Source: Eledone cirrhosa | Lineage: Eukaryota | DNA: 64,000 nucleotides | NCBI GenBank assembly: GCA_964016885.1 | Contig: OZ024754.1 | Coordinates: forward strand, 4,216,001-4,280,000 | Direction of reading: 5' to 3' | Part shown: positions 1-17,360 of the stretch, piece after piece | Layout: every line of letters begins with the position of its first letter | How positions within the stretch are numbered: the stretch's first letter is position 1 | Made by a program: the position numbers and the translations under genes | The notes under the pieces: model-generated | The model's database searches: none | What the model was told of the DNA's origin: nothing | Seen by the model: the letters and a program-made list of their open reading frames with translations, nothing else

Positions 1-386
1 AGACTTTAATGTATGACATTCTTACCAGAATTTAAATATTACAGCTTGACCCTTTAAGTTATATGTCATAAAACAAATGTTTGTAACGCACTCATGCTGT
101 TCTCGTACTTTGCATTACAATAGATATTGATCATGGCGCCAAAATGAGATTTAAATATGGCTTCCCTGATTAATTGCCTGTTTTTGTTCAGAATTCTGAA
201 TAATGGAGATATATCGTCCGTTAATGTTCTCACTTCTAGCTTTGTTTTGTGGTATGTATGGTAGTAGGTTGGAATGGCTACATGGTGTTCTCATGCATTT
301 AACAATCTACTGTCTATAGAAATATACATATCCATTCAACATTTACACATACACACACACATAAACACATATCAACACGGCTTCTC

Positions 387-1365
<979 letters not shown>

Positions 1366-1559
1366 CGTGTACGTATGTGTATATATCTATGTATGTGCAT
1401 GTGTAAGTGTGTAGTCTTGTTCTTACATGCATCTATGTATGAGTATACATGTAAGAAGTAAGTGTTTCTATACAAGCTTATATAAATTAGCAAATTAGTA
1501 TATGAAGTGTTAACGCGATGTATGTAGATGTATAGATATATATTTATATATATATATAT

Positions 1560-1790
1560 GTGTGTGTGATTGTGTGTATATGTGTGTGTATTATGCTATT
1601 TACACTCTTATATATATATGTGTGTGTATGTGTGTGTGTATTATGCTATTTACACTCTTATATATATGTGTGTGTGGTTGTGTGTATATGTGTGTGTATG
1701 TGTGTGTGTGTGTGTATTATGCTATTTACACTCTTATATATATATGTGTGTGTGTATGTGTGTGTGTGTGTATTATGCTATTTACACTCT
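1560..1790. repeat. Minisatellite, 4 copies of GTGTATTATGCTATTTACACTCT separated by TA/TG tracts
   Basis: Core motif recurs at ~1586, ~1636, ~1712 and ~1768. Confidence 0.9.
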
Positions 1791-2135
1791 ACACACATAA
1801 AAAAGCAGATTCTCGTGTGTAATATCACTAATAATCTCATTGTTGAACATACTTTAGAATCTTAAATAGCAAGTAAGTGGTATGGTATTAGAACGAACAG
1901 AATATCCTGTCTATTCTAGTAACATACAGTCTTTCAGAAGGAACTATTATATTTCATTGCTCGTCAATAATGTATGGACAGGTTTTCTTCTTACTCTGAT
2001 TATATATTTCGTTTAATTCTGAGCCAAGGCCTTAATATACATGTGTCCACATATGTTTTATAATTGACTTCTATAGTTATTGCTATATTTTTTGTTATAC
2101 ACACATTATACATACATGATTTATGCAGCATCTTG

Positions 2136-2191
<56 letters not shown>

Positions 2192-2393
2192 CTGTGTGTG
2201 TGTGTCTGTGTGTATATATATATAAATTTACATATATATATGTATATATATAAATATACATATGTATATGTATATATAAATATGTATATGTATGTATATT
2301 TAAATATACATGTTATATGTATATACATATGTATGTATATGTATGTATAAATGTATATGTATGTATAAATATGCATATATATATATGTATATG

Positions 2394-2449
<56 letters not shown>

Positions 2450-2674
2450 TACATAGTATATATATATTTATATATATATATGTATGTGTGTGTGTGCGTG
2501 TGTAGACAGATAGATGGACATATACATACATATCTAATGCGACCAAGTTACGTTTCGAAGTCACTAACACTCTAGACTTTAGAATATAAATGACAACACT
2601 GTTCCACTAGTAATGAGTGCTAAATCAGCTAACGTATTGAATAATCTAAAGTGACTGTGTCTCAAACACCCCTC

Positions 2675-2785
<111 letters not shown>

Positions 2786-2867
2786 GAGCGAGATGTGTGT
2801 GTGTGTGTGTGATTGATTGTGTCTGTGCTTGTGTATGTTTGAATCAATATGTGTGTGTGTTGTGTAC

Positions 2868-2916
<49 letters not shown>

Positions 2917-3161
2917 TTTTTTTTATTTACTAACATATTACCTCCATTAATATTCCACATTTTAAATTCATGCTACGCAAAAAGAAAAATGAATGAGAAA
3001 AAAAATTCAACATTTTTCCTGCTTTTCATTTTCCATTTAAACAGTAAATGCATATTGCATGTTAAGAATTAACAATTGGAGAGTATTTAAATAGATATAG
3101 TTTTAACATTTTGTAATGGCTTAAGAGATATATGTGTGGAGGTGAAATTGCCTGGCGTAAT

Positions 3162-3214
<53 letters not shown>

Positions 3215-3265
3215 ACATTATTTATTGTTCCACTATATATAAGTATATATATACACACACACATG

Positions 3266-3328
<63 letters not shown>

Positions 3329-3338
3329 ATATATATAC

Positions 3339-3400
<62 letters not shown>

Positions 3401-3701
3401 GTGACATTATTTATTGTTCCTGCTTATATAAGTATATATATATATATACACACATGTATCTATATATATATATATATCTATATATATATATTTATATATT
3501 TATATATATAATATATATATATAAAAGAAAATTTCGCTCTACATAGCTGAATACAATAAATGTAATCTGAGTTTTTCGAATATTAATAATAACATTCGAT
3601 TCGTTTGCAATTATGCAAACAAGCCTCAATTTTATAGCCATGTCAGTAGAATGAACACTTCATTCTTGCTCTTACGTTGGCATGCGAACAGACCTGCATA
3701 T

Positions 3702-4110
3702 ATATGTATAAATATTTCGTATCTCCAAAGAAATACAGTTTTTGGAAGCTGTAGCTATGCAAACACTGGGGGGGGGGGGGGCTAACGCCCTCTGGTGATG
3801 TCCAGCAGAAGCAAGGGGGACAACCGTCTATGCATTTCAGGCTTAACTGGGTTTCGTCAAGACGGTCCCTCCCACCGCTTGCGACTGCTGGACTAGAAGA
3901 TAGCTGAGAATATATACTTTTCTCGTCTGTGTAAATGAGGTGTTTAATCTCATTTGCATATGAAGCTGCATAAGTTAACTTATAATAAAAAAGAAATAGG
4001 ATTTCGCTTCAAGCACAGCTTTATACAATATGTATAAATATTTCGTATCTCCAAAGAAATACAGTTTTAGGAAGCCGTAGCTATGCAAACACCGGGGGGG
4101 AGGGGGCTAA
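3702..4110 (+). mobile_element. ~326-bp unit with ~85-bp terminal direct repeat and a decayed hammerhead-like fold; Penelope pLTR / retrozyme-like relic
   Basis: 3702-3785 is repeated at 4028-4110; CTGGTGA core at 3792-3798; long stem 3800-3893 (GTCCAGCAG/CTGCTGGAC, GCAAG/CTTGC, ACCGTCT/AGACGGT); then TAGAAGATAGCTG. Confidence 0.5.
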
Positions 4111-4222
4111 TATATATATATATATATATGTATAGACAGAGAGAGAGAGTAAAATGCCCCTTCAGTCACGAATGTCTATGGGATTTGCACCCCGAAAATT
4201 ACACTGCGTCTGTGTGTGTGAA

Positions 4223-4467
4223 GGAGCGTGGCTAAGTGGTTAGAGAGATGCATTCTCAATCATGTTGTTGTCAGTTCGGTACACGGACAGGGAGATGTCT
4301 TGTGTCCTTGAGCAAGACACATTATTTCAAGTTTCTCCATTCCACTCAGCTGTAGAAATGATGTGCAACGTTAAGGGTGACAAGCAATCAATCTTTGCCT
4401 TTCTTTTGGACAATATCTTTGGCGTGAAGAGAGAGGACTGCCTGCTATGCTGGTCTTCAACAAAAAC
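4223..4467 (+). mobile_element. tRNA-derived CORE-type SINE, degenerate
   Basis: A-box TGGCTAAGTGG, B-box-like AGTTCGGTAC, CORE-like GTGTCCTTGAGCAAGACAC...CCACTCAGCTG. Confidence 0.75.
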
Positions 4468-4826
4468 ACATTGATCGGCGGGATTTAAACCCAGGGCGTA
4501 AAGAACCGCAACTAAGCCGCTAAGCGTGTGTGTGTGTGTGTGTGTGTGTGCATGTGTGCATGTGTGCGTGTGTGTGTGTGCATGTGTGTGCATATGTGCA
4601 TGTGTGTGTGTGTGCGTGTGTGTGAATGTTGCTATGTAGATTTGCATGTGTGCGATCGTGAGTGAATTGCTAAAAGCGCAGGTGAAATGTTCACGAAATT
4701 GCGTAAGGGAACAATAAAAAAGCGAATGAAAGCAAATAAAGAAAGGAAGGAGACCCAAAGAAGAAGCATGTAAAATGTAAAGAGAATGGAATTGATACCT
4801 AATACATACATATATATATATATGTT

Positions 4827-4875
<49 letters not shown>

Positions 4876-4878
<3 letters not shown>

Positions 4879-5040
4879 AAAAGGTAAACAGAAATAACAA
4901 CACAATCAGTACAGTATATATGGAAGGGATATATTAGGTTAACGCTTGATATAGCAGTGTCTTAATGTTTCGGACGCTAGTCCTTCATCCGAAGAAAGAA
5001 TGAGAAATAAGATAGATTGAGGAGAAGGCAAGTTATTTTA
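4876..5040 (-). mobile_element. Penelope-like pLTR relic with decayed hammerhead core
   Basis: Minus strand reads CGGATGA-A-GGAC-TAGC-GTCC-GAAAC (4967-4991); abuts a TA/TG tract; similar flank seen at 56396-56474. Confidence 0.45.
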
Positions 5041-5139
5041 CATATCTCATTCATTGTTTTTACGATCGTTTCGGAGGGTGGATCATTTCGATATATTAAC
5101 TGAACTATAGCAGTTACAGAGCTGTATACTATCAGACAT

Positions 5140-5270
5140 AATATATGGGTTCGATCATTATATCTGATAATATATATACATCCGTACATAATACTTGCAT
5201 ATATATATGGGTTCGATCATTATATCTGATAATATATATATATCCGTACATAATACTTGCATATATATAT
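5140..5270. repeat. Tandem duplication, 2 x ~62 bp
   Basis: ATATGGGTTCGATCATTATATCTGATAATATATATA..TCCGTACATAATACTTGC occurs twice. Confidence 0.92.
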
Positions 5271-5454
5271 GTGTCTGTCAATGTGTGTGCATATGTGAGT
5301 GCGCATTGACGGTGATCTTATGGGGATAATGATTGCAGGATTTCAAAAACTATGGTTTTGTCAAAAGGAATTTTAAAACAAAACATTTACATCCTTTGAT
5401 ATCCGTTTGAGGAAGAATATATATACGTGTGTGTGTGTGTGTGTGTGTGGATGC

Positions 5455-5485
<31 letters not shown>

Positions 5486-5550
5486 CATGCATATATATAT
5501 ATATGTGTGTGTGTGTGTGCATACATACATATATATGTGGGTGTGTGTTC

Positions 5551-5635
<85 letters not shown>

Positions 5636-6428
5636 AAGATCTGTATTTATGTATCTATTTATGTATGTGCGAATGATTATAAACTTATTTTCATTACATG
5701 AAGTGTAGTTTATTCTTTTTGTGTGTGGGTGAGCATACAATATATATATATATACACACACACAGACACACTATATATATATATGAGAGAGAGAGAGACA
5801 GTGTGTGTGTGTGTGTATGTCTGTGTCTGTATGTCTGTTTGTCTCTGTGTGTCTGTCTGTCTGTCTGTCTGTGTGTGTGTGTGTGTATGTGTGTGCTTCA
5901 GTGTACATACTTGTTGATATCATTTAGTTACATTGCATTACTTTTCATTTCTGAGACGTAGTATCTTTGCTGTACTTCACCACACAACACACAACACACA
6001 CAACACATCACAACACACAACACGACGCACAATACAACACACACATCTATAATGGGTTTATACCATTTGGCCCCATTTATGATTCTCTTTTCTCCTGTCA
6101 CATATGAGGGTTGATGTCTTTCTTACTTTAGTTTATTTAGGTTCTCTTTACATTAATATGCTTTCGTCGCCTTTAGTTGTTTTTTTTTTTTGTTCTCGTA
6201 TTCTAGGTGGTATTTATTATTATTGTCATCATTATTATTATTATTATTCGTCATCGCTTTTATATATATAGATATATATATATGTGTGTGTTCATATATA
6301 TACACATATATATGAATATCATCATATATACATATATATGTATGTATGTATATATAAACGCACAAATATTTATGTATTCATATATATGAATGAATACATA
6401 GATATTTGTATATATATACACATATATT

Positions 6429-6482
<54 letters not shown>

Positions 6483-6609
6483 GACTTTTTCAATTTTCAA
6501 CGGAAACTTCAATACCTATATATATATATATACATATATATATATACATATATGTATATATATATATAAATACATATATATTTGTGTATATATATATTAC
6601 ATATATATT

Positions 6610-6645
<36 letters not shown>

Positions 6646-6718
6646 TATGTATACGTTATATTTAGGCATCAGCCGTACCAAGAGTGAGAAATGAAATTTC
6701 GTTTCATTCTTTTCCATT

Positions 6719-6790
<72 letters not shown>

Positions 6791-7284
6791 CACATTCATA
6801 CATACATATAGATATATTCATTACTTTGAATAAATTCTCTTTCTTCTCTATCCACTACCTTATCTTGTTTTGTTTTGTTTTTTGTTGTTTATTTTATTAT
6901 CTATCTTCATATATACATATACTACTATATTACCATCCTTATTTTCTGTTTGTTTTTGGTTTCTCAATAGAATTGTCTTAAAGAGAATATGAACGCAATT
7001 TAGACAAATAGATACGTATAATTGATGTTACCCATCATTTTGGCTCAATTTTTAAAAGTTTTTTTTTCTCTGTCTTTTTAATTTTCCTTAGTGACGTTAC
7101 CAAACAAATAACATCATAATCAATACTATCAGCACCATAGCATCCCCCTTTACCTCCCTATTCAAGTTTATTTTGTAAAATTAAACTCACCCTTTGTGAT
7201 TAATTCATTCACTCGACTTTCAACTTGTTTAATCATCACCATCTTTTGTTCACCCCTCTCTCTCATTCTGTCTTATACAAACTA

Positions 7285-7353
<69 letters not shown>

Positions 7354-7374
7354 CTTATTTAATATATATGTAAA

Positions 7375-7432
<58 letters not shown>

Positions 7433-7530
7433 CTTATTTAATATATATGTAAATATATGTATATATATATATATATATATATGTAATATATATATATATA
7501 CATGTATGTGTGTATATATATATATACATG

Positions 7531-7605
<75 letters not shown>

Positions 7606-10358
7606 ATATGGATGTATCAGTCAATTTACATACAAAACATCCAAACACACACTTCTTTCTACACAACTGACTCTCTTCACTCTACTTTATTTTTAATTTA
7701 CTGTCCATTTTTTTCGTGTTTTACCTCAAATTCTTATTTCCTATTTCACTTTTTATTTCGTTTTTCTAAAAAATAACAAAAACTTTCGGTAGATTTTTTT
7801 CTACACATTGCTTTTGTTTGACTATTTTTGTTTGTTAGTGTTTAAGGAAGAGAGTGTGTGTATGTGAATGAGTGTGTGTGAGTGTGTGTGTATTTTGCTG
7901 CTTCAGAAACCTTTTCTTTTCATTTCATCCGATAGTTTAATGTTTTATTCTTAAACAAATATTCTCATCGTCATCGCCATCACACTGCTTTTCACTAAAC
8001 AGAAAACTGAAAAGAAACTGTGCCAATTCATTGTAGAAACAATAACAACAACCACAGTAGCATCAAAAACAGCAACAACAACAACAACAAGACGATATCA
8101 AAAGCCGAATGTGTCACCTTCTTAATGAAGGAACCATTCCAGAAAAGGGTCTCTCAATAGAATACTTTTCAATTGTAGAAGCTCCTAGATTTTGTGGGGG
8201 CTTTTCTTCTTTTGAGACCATAATATTTTGTTATTGTTATTCTGCTTTGCTCTTCTTTATTTTAAAGGTTCAAACTCACAGAAAGATGCACTCTCACACG
8301 TACACATACACACATGAGCGCATATATATTCTCACCTTAATCACTCATAGATATACACACGAAAGTAAAAGAAGCAGTAAAAAACAAAGACATTAAACGT
8401 TGGAGCGTATTGAAATGCACACATACATAAACACCCGAACAGGCACACGAACAGTTTATATATTTGCACGCTCACACAATAAACGTGATTTTATGGAGCC
8501 ACACATACTCACACACGCTCACATAGGCATACAAAGCGAGCGACAGGATTTAGATAGTGTGTTACACATAAATACATACATACATACAAACGAACACGTA
8601 TAGATTTACTCGCTCGTACACAAACATGTTGTTATACACAGTCACACATTCACAGTGAAAGGGTGAAAGACAGAATGATTCCCTTTGTATTATTGTAAAG
8701 CAATCACTAAGCTCTGCATTGCAGTCCTTCTTCAATGGCACTGCATCAGACTGAATCTTCACTGTTTCCTGCCAACGTATTTACCACAAAATACACTATC
8801 TTTAACAAAACGCTTCCGTTCCATATCAAAGATAATTCCTTACACTCACTTAACTTCTTGAATAGCCGGAAAGTCAACATTCTGAAATAGTTTGCCAAGA
8901 AGCGTGCTGTCATTGTGAAAATATAGTAAAGTATTTTATGTAAACCTGGACGTTGTCACCCACCAACATCACTCGACAATATATCTCTGTAATAAATCGG
9001 TCGAAACTGATCATTAAGAAGATGGAAGAGGTCTTTTTCTTCAATGGTATAAACCCTTAAACTATATTTCTTTCCTAAATGCAGTTGTACATTCTTTGCA
9101 CAACTAAATGTTTAGCAAAGTTTCCTTTCATCTATTTAACCTCTCATTTGACCGACATTTTCCATCTTCCTCAATATTTAATTCTTGAAAACTCAAACAG
9201 TTCATAGTGTTTGTTCAATCCTTCATTCCCCAAACACTGATATACAAGTATCTACAGACCAAATGTTTATATAACAATTCTTAACATGTTTGTTACCATA
9301 TTTCTCAAGTAGTACATTGCCAATGTGTATTTCTAATTCAATACACTGTCAATTTAGTGTAACAACAATAAAACTAATTGGAGGAATTCGATAAAATATC
9401 TAAGTTTTTTATCATTAAGCTGATGTTTACATTATTTAATATGGAGAAATTTGATAACATATCTAATTTTCTCATTAGTAAGCTGATGCTTAGAGCATTA
9501 TTTAAGAACATTTTCTTATATTAAAATATTCCATCATACTTTTATATAAGTGTGAACAACTCAGCTGGCCGTTATATATCAGAGAGTGGGTTCAACAATA
9601 TCAACAACTTTCTTAAACCTGTTTGAAGGCAAAAATCTAGCACTGAGATGTGGGGGGCAGATGAGGAAATATTGAAGGCCCTAACCCTAGCCAAGAAGAA
9701 GTCTAATGCTGGAATAATGGCAAACATAAGAATCGCAGGGGTGTCATCGTGCTACATGGCACATATTGGTTATTTAAGTATTGATGAAGGCCATCTCTAT
9801 CCAAGAACAGAACAAAGTTGAAATTTTAGCCACAAAAGAAGAGGTTTGAGACCGAAATTTCTGAGTTTTCAATGTTTTTGTTCTTTCTTATATCATTATA
9901 GTTCCCATGGCTTTAATAAAGTACCTATTTAATATAATTTGATTAAAATGTGACCTATTTCTGTGACATTTTTCTCTGTCTCGTTTCAAGAATTTAGAAT
10001 GGCACCACGAGTTTTGAGACAATGAAAGCAGACATTGGATAATGTATTCTATGATAATTTATGACAGGAATCAAGACAGAGTGGTGAAAAGAGGAATGCT
10101 TTTGCCTATAAGTGTCATAGAACAGGGTTGAAAATGCCTAAGTAAAAAAAATAACGAAAGAAACATCAAAGCGACAGTAATATGGGATACAGAGCATTCC
10201 AAATAGAAACAACAGTAAATGTTTTGTTAATAAGTGCGAGCAATCGAGTGTGTTTCTTCGTGCATGTGTGTTGATATATTCGTACGAAGGAAAGATGTGT
10301 ATTGAATACATTTGTATAAGCCAAGCCACTCTATATGCAGTATTATATACACACACAT

Positions 10359-10401
<43 letters not shown>

Positions 10402-10433
10402 TGTATGTATATATATATATATATGTATGTATG

Positions 10434-10495
<62 letters not shown>

Positions 10496-11154
10496 CTGGG
10501 CATGGCCGTCGAAGAAACAACACTGCGCGTTCGGCCGGCCCTGTATCATGAAAAGAAAATCTTTTTCGGGAAAATTATTGGAATTTTTTCTAAATTTAAA
10601 GGTTTATTGGGAACTTTCAATGTTTATTTTGGGTTTTGCTGTCTGAAGTGCTCAGGCTATCATAACTGACAGTCCTCAGTGAAATATGTATAACGGAGTT
10701 TTAAATAAACATGAATCAACTGAATATGACCTCCGACCTTTTATTAATATATATATATAAACATGCGTTTTTTCATCTGTTTTCAGAAAAAGAAAACTCG
10801 CAAAACAGAAACTATCAGTATTATATAATACATCCAACACTACACAACACAAACACACTGAACGAAAATCACATTATGCCTAATTAACAAATATATCAGA
10901 TGTGTGCCACAACTGAGAAGAGTGATAAGATAAAGTATATTCCTAAACGAGTGTCAATTCTGGGTGTACATGAAATGGAAATATATATGAAAGCGAGACG
11001 TGTCAGTTCGTTTAAATGGCAAAGTGACACTATCTGTAGAGCTAGTTTATGGATCTCGATATTCAGTTCTTGACGATAATTTTATCAGATTCTCGAGAGC
11101 GTGACAAGAGAAAGTGGTTATATAGATACAGCACTTTACTACCGACGACGTGTC

Positions 11155-11283
<129 letters not shown>

Positions 11284-11323
11284 TTTCCATTTGAAAGGTC
11301 TTTTTGTATTACGAATAATGGTA

Positions 11324-11354
<31 letters not shown>

Positions 11355-11496
11355 GGGGTGGGGTAGTGTATGTGAGTGTGTATGTGTGTATACAATTATC
11401 CATTTGAAAGAACTTTCTGTATTACGAATAAAGGGAATAATAATGTATTAGAATAAGTTCAATTGTTGGGCCCAACTCTTCATAATATAGTCACAC

Positions 11497-11572
11497 TCTA
11501 GAGGACTAGAACTGTTTCATTCATCAGGAATCCTGATGATTTCTAAAGAATAAATAGTTCTAGTCCTGTAGA
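11497..11572. repeat. Inverted repeat with divergent CTGATGA motifs (Penelope-like relic)
   Basis: AGGACTAGAACT / AGTTCTAGTCCT arms; TCATCAGGA-A-TCCTGATGA centre. Confidence 0.6.
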
Positions 11573-11882
11573 ATCTCCTCTATATTAAAACTTTTATACT
11601 CTGCTTTGTATTGAGTACCTTACTTACTGTGGTTACCTCCGATTCAACCCGGAATAACATATATATATTAGTAAACGTAATAGAAAATGCTGACAAATTG
11701 TTCACAGTGAAAAATAGTTTAATTAGGAATAAGTGAGAATTAGTAATAGTATTGGTTAGTATTCAGTTTTGGTTTTAAGTTTTACCGGTTGCGCATTTCT
11801 AATGCTTTTCAAAAATAATTTTGAGATAGAGCGTCCGTGATGTTTGCTCTAATCTCTCTCTCTCTCTTTATATATATATTAT

Positions 11883-11996
11883 ATAACCCGAAAAGTTCGT
11901 AGGTTGCCTATGAAGGGGTGATGCTAGAGCTGTGAAATCTTGCATGCATTAGTTTAAACTCTTCTTAATAAATAATTTGTTTGTTTTTTTTCCAGG
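11883..11996 (+). mobile_element. Mariner-like transposon 5' end relic
   Basis: After a TA tract: AAAAGTTCGTAGG..CTAGAGCTGTGAAATCTTGCATGCATT; resembles a mariner terminus/subterminus as recalled; no ORF. Confidence 0.45.
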
Positions 11997-12428
11997 GACT
12001 CTATCGAACAATAAACCTTATTTGCTCATTCCAAGAGAGTATCATGTTCAGCCTATGGACTTTTCAGGTGACTCCCGTCTATATTCTTTGTTACCGTGTT
12101 TTCTTGTGTGCGTTTTTTTGCTTTTATTCTGTTATAAAATCCCGTTTTTTTTCCCCCTTGCTATGTCTGGAAGAAGAGGGGCTATAAACATGACATTTGT
12201 AGGTTCCCCAAGACCAGTTAGATGGGTGCTGTTGAGGTCCAGATAAAGTTGTAATTGTTGTAAGTGTTGGATAGAATATTTCTAGTTAGTATAATTACAC
12301 ATAATACACATTAGACTTTATAATTGTATTGAATGCAATACTACTCTGATGCTGCAATCAAATTGTACATCTGTGGGTACATTAGCTTGAGTGGGCTTAT
12401 TCGTGGTTGGATATGTTTACATCCACAG

Positions 12429-14167
<1,739 letters not shown>

Positions 14168-15194
14168 CATGCGTATTTATGTACAAAAAAAAAGATATAA
14201 ATATTATAGCTATAACGACATCATAGCTGTATTTTTTCTCATGTGTATATATGTATGCTTGAAAAGAAATCATGATAAAGATGTTGATGCTTAATAGATA
14301 AGTGGTGAAATTTATTAGAAATATGTCATTTTTCATTTTCTCTCCTATAATTTTTGAACTGAATACATAAAATATTCAACGAGATACAAAAGTATTCAGC
14401 CATTTTAATTTGTTGTTTTCTTTTTTATGTTTACCTTCATCTTCGTTTTATATAAAGGAAAAATCAGTTAGTAGGAATTTGAACGACATATATATGTGTT
14501 CTGTCTGTATATACCATTAATTTCATAGCAGCTTTCTCTGTATCGTATCTGGCTGAATAATATATAACCTCTTTGACTCCTTTACTTGATCATACCTTTA
14601 AAAAAATACTTTACCGCTGGTGCAAGATAGATGGATTTTTGTGATATATGTTTTAGGATAAAAATTAGATACAAATCACAGATGCCAAAAAATAAATTAT
14701 CCTTTGTATGAAATAACGAATGTAAAAAAAATACCAGAAAACCAAAGAATTTTATTACGAAATATTCTATTAATGTAAAACCGAAATGCATAATTTGCAA
14801 TATTAAAGATTTCGATTAATTGTAGCAGGAAAATGTTCTTACTTCAATATTACAGAGGGAAATGACGCCACCTGGTTCTTAAGGTTTTAACTCGAGTAAA
14901 AGTCACAGTTTTGGCCAGGAAAAAACAAAGGTTTAAATCTAAATTTACTCTACTACGTGTTCCAGGTAATATTTTATCGGCCAGGAAGTTGGGCCTGAAA
15001 ACGTGTATAACCTAGAACTTAAAAAAAAAAAAAAAGAACAAATATCGAAAAGGCGTTCTAAGCATTTGAGTAATCTGGTGGCCTTCGTATACGTTTGATG
15101 ATGATGATGATGAAGATTGATGCTATTGCTAAGATTATAACAACAACAGCACCAATAATATCATTTTATAATGTTTTCCGATTTGAAGGGAAGG

Positions 15195-15329
15195 GTACTT
15201 TATTTTACCGACTCTGTAAGGATGAAAGGCAAAACTAACCTCACCGGGACTTGAACTCAAAACACAAAGGAACGTAACACTATTCCTCAAAGCATGTTGT
15301 GAAACACTCTACCGATACAGCGAATCCAC
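15195..15329 (-). mobile_element. tRNA-headed Meta-domain-like SINE, partial
   Basis: GGTACTTTATTTTACCGACTCTGTAAGGATGAAAGGCAAA...CTTGAACTC...CTCTACCGATAC; homologous to 18755-18978. Confidence 0.8.
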
Positions 15330-16220
15330 AAGAAGAAGAAGAAGAAGAAGAAGAAGAAGAAGAAGAAGAAGAAGAAAGCGGTGACGATGGTGGTTAATAT
15401 GCAAAATAAACTAACAATATTCACATCACACACACGCCATCAATACGCATCGCAAATAACACACATCAAATCTCCCGAAGAAGCTACAAGCTAAGTAATC
15501 CCCATAACAAAACCCAACTATAACAGTACTGTAAGTGAAGGAGTCGATATGCCTCCAAACCGAACAAGATCTGAACACACAAAGATGCTGTACAAACCTC
15601 AGCGACACGGGGTCGTAGCAGGCTGTACACTAGAAACGCGCACAAATAATTTACCGAAGAAATAAAAACGAAATAAGCAGATATCGAATATGAATGTGGG
15701 AAAATGTCCAACATCAGCCGGCTACCTCAGCTTCACATATAGCTACATTAAGAACAACAATAACAACGAAAAGAACAGTGACAATAACAACAATATGAGG
15801 AATAACATCAAGAACAATAACTACAATTACAACATCCGAGAAACAAACATGAAAGGATATTTAAATTTTTTTTCTCTTGATTTTTTTTTTTTTTTTTTTT
15901 TTGCTTTGCTTTCGTTCATAGATTTTTCTTTTTTCATTTTTTTTTTTCATTTTTTTTTCCATTTTTATTTTTTCTGGGGCTGGAAATACCAGAGTGAAGC
16001 TGGTTGTTGAGGTAGTTATGTTAGATATTTTGTCACGATTATATACCATATGATATAACAGTAAATCTGATTGTTATCTCTTGTTACCCGTATCATTGTT
16101 ACCCTCTTTCTCTTAGTCACTTGCTCTCTCTAACACCATCAGTTATTTTTTTTCTGATAGATATATATTTAAGATGTATTTGTTGAAACGACGCCATTTC
16201 TCCCCCCTCTCTCTCTCTCT

Positions 16221-16280
<60 letters not shown>

Positions 16281-16609
16281 TCCTCTTTCACGCTCATATT
16301 TTTTTGTTTGATTTTATATTTTTTGTTTGACTAAGTTACACGATGTCTAGTTGTAGCGACACGGATACAAAACAAAAAAAGGAAAAATAAGTTTGATTAT
16401 TTTGTCGACTTCTTTTATCTAAGTATGTTTGACAACAACAATAACACGAACACGTCCATGGGAGAACATAAACCATTTATTTCTCTGTGAACAACTTCAT
16501 AACAACAACTACAAAAATAGCTATAAATTATTCTAACCAAATAGGAACAAATGTGAAATATATAACGATACGACAGACCCACACACAAAAACAATATAAT
16601 ATAAATATG

Positions 16610-16676
<67 letters not shown>

Positions 16677-17272
16677 GAATAGAAATATTAAAAAAGAGAA
16701 ATATCACACAGGATTATATAGTATTGGACTTATCAACCCTCAAATCTGAAGTTCAAACGGATATATGATGCTTCTTTGTGTATTTGAACACTACTCTAAA
16801 TTCCGCTTTGTCTAAGTGCACATAACTTCTTAAGAAAAAAAAATGGTAACGGCCCTTCCGATGTGATGATGTCGAAGGGGCACCGTCTTGGTATGTGGCG
16901 TGCCTTGAGCATTTTAAACCTGGAGGATCCCATCCCTCACCAAGTCTGAACACAACTGATTTTTCCGTGAGATTGATAGAGAGTGAGAGAAAGAGATTAA
17001 TGTGAACATATATGCATACATTGGTATTAAAAAAACATGTTACAAAGACGTATTAATGCATGTATTCATTTGTCAATGACCCACACACCCAATCAGCACT
17101 GCCATCAACAATGATTGTGGTCTGAAAAAGTTAGTTAAGGTATGCTCAAACACCCACACCCGAGCATTTCAACACATATAAGCAGACAGATTTAAGTACA
17201 CGTTTGGATACACACTTACAAAAAATACCCCACGTACACATTCTTATACAGAAAGATACACATTAACTTGTA

Positions 17273-17360
17273 CATATACATGCTCATAGTAAATATATAT
17301 GCTGATATAGCAACTTATATACATGCTCATAGTAAAAATAAATGCTGATATAGCAACTTT
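17273..17360. repeat. Tandem duplication, 2 x ~43 bp
   Basis: ATATACATGCTCATAGTAAA..ATGCTGATATAGCAACTT occurs twice. Confidence 0.9.

Noticed and set aside
8690-10140. Unique-looking DNA that might be exons or a transposase relic
   Set aside because: No sustained reading frame or motif I could recognise; needs BLASTX
16863-16949. Possible C/D snoRNA (GTGATGA ... CTGA)
   Set aside because: No terminal stem and no rRNA guide complement I can verify
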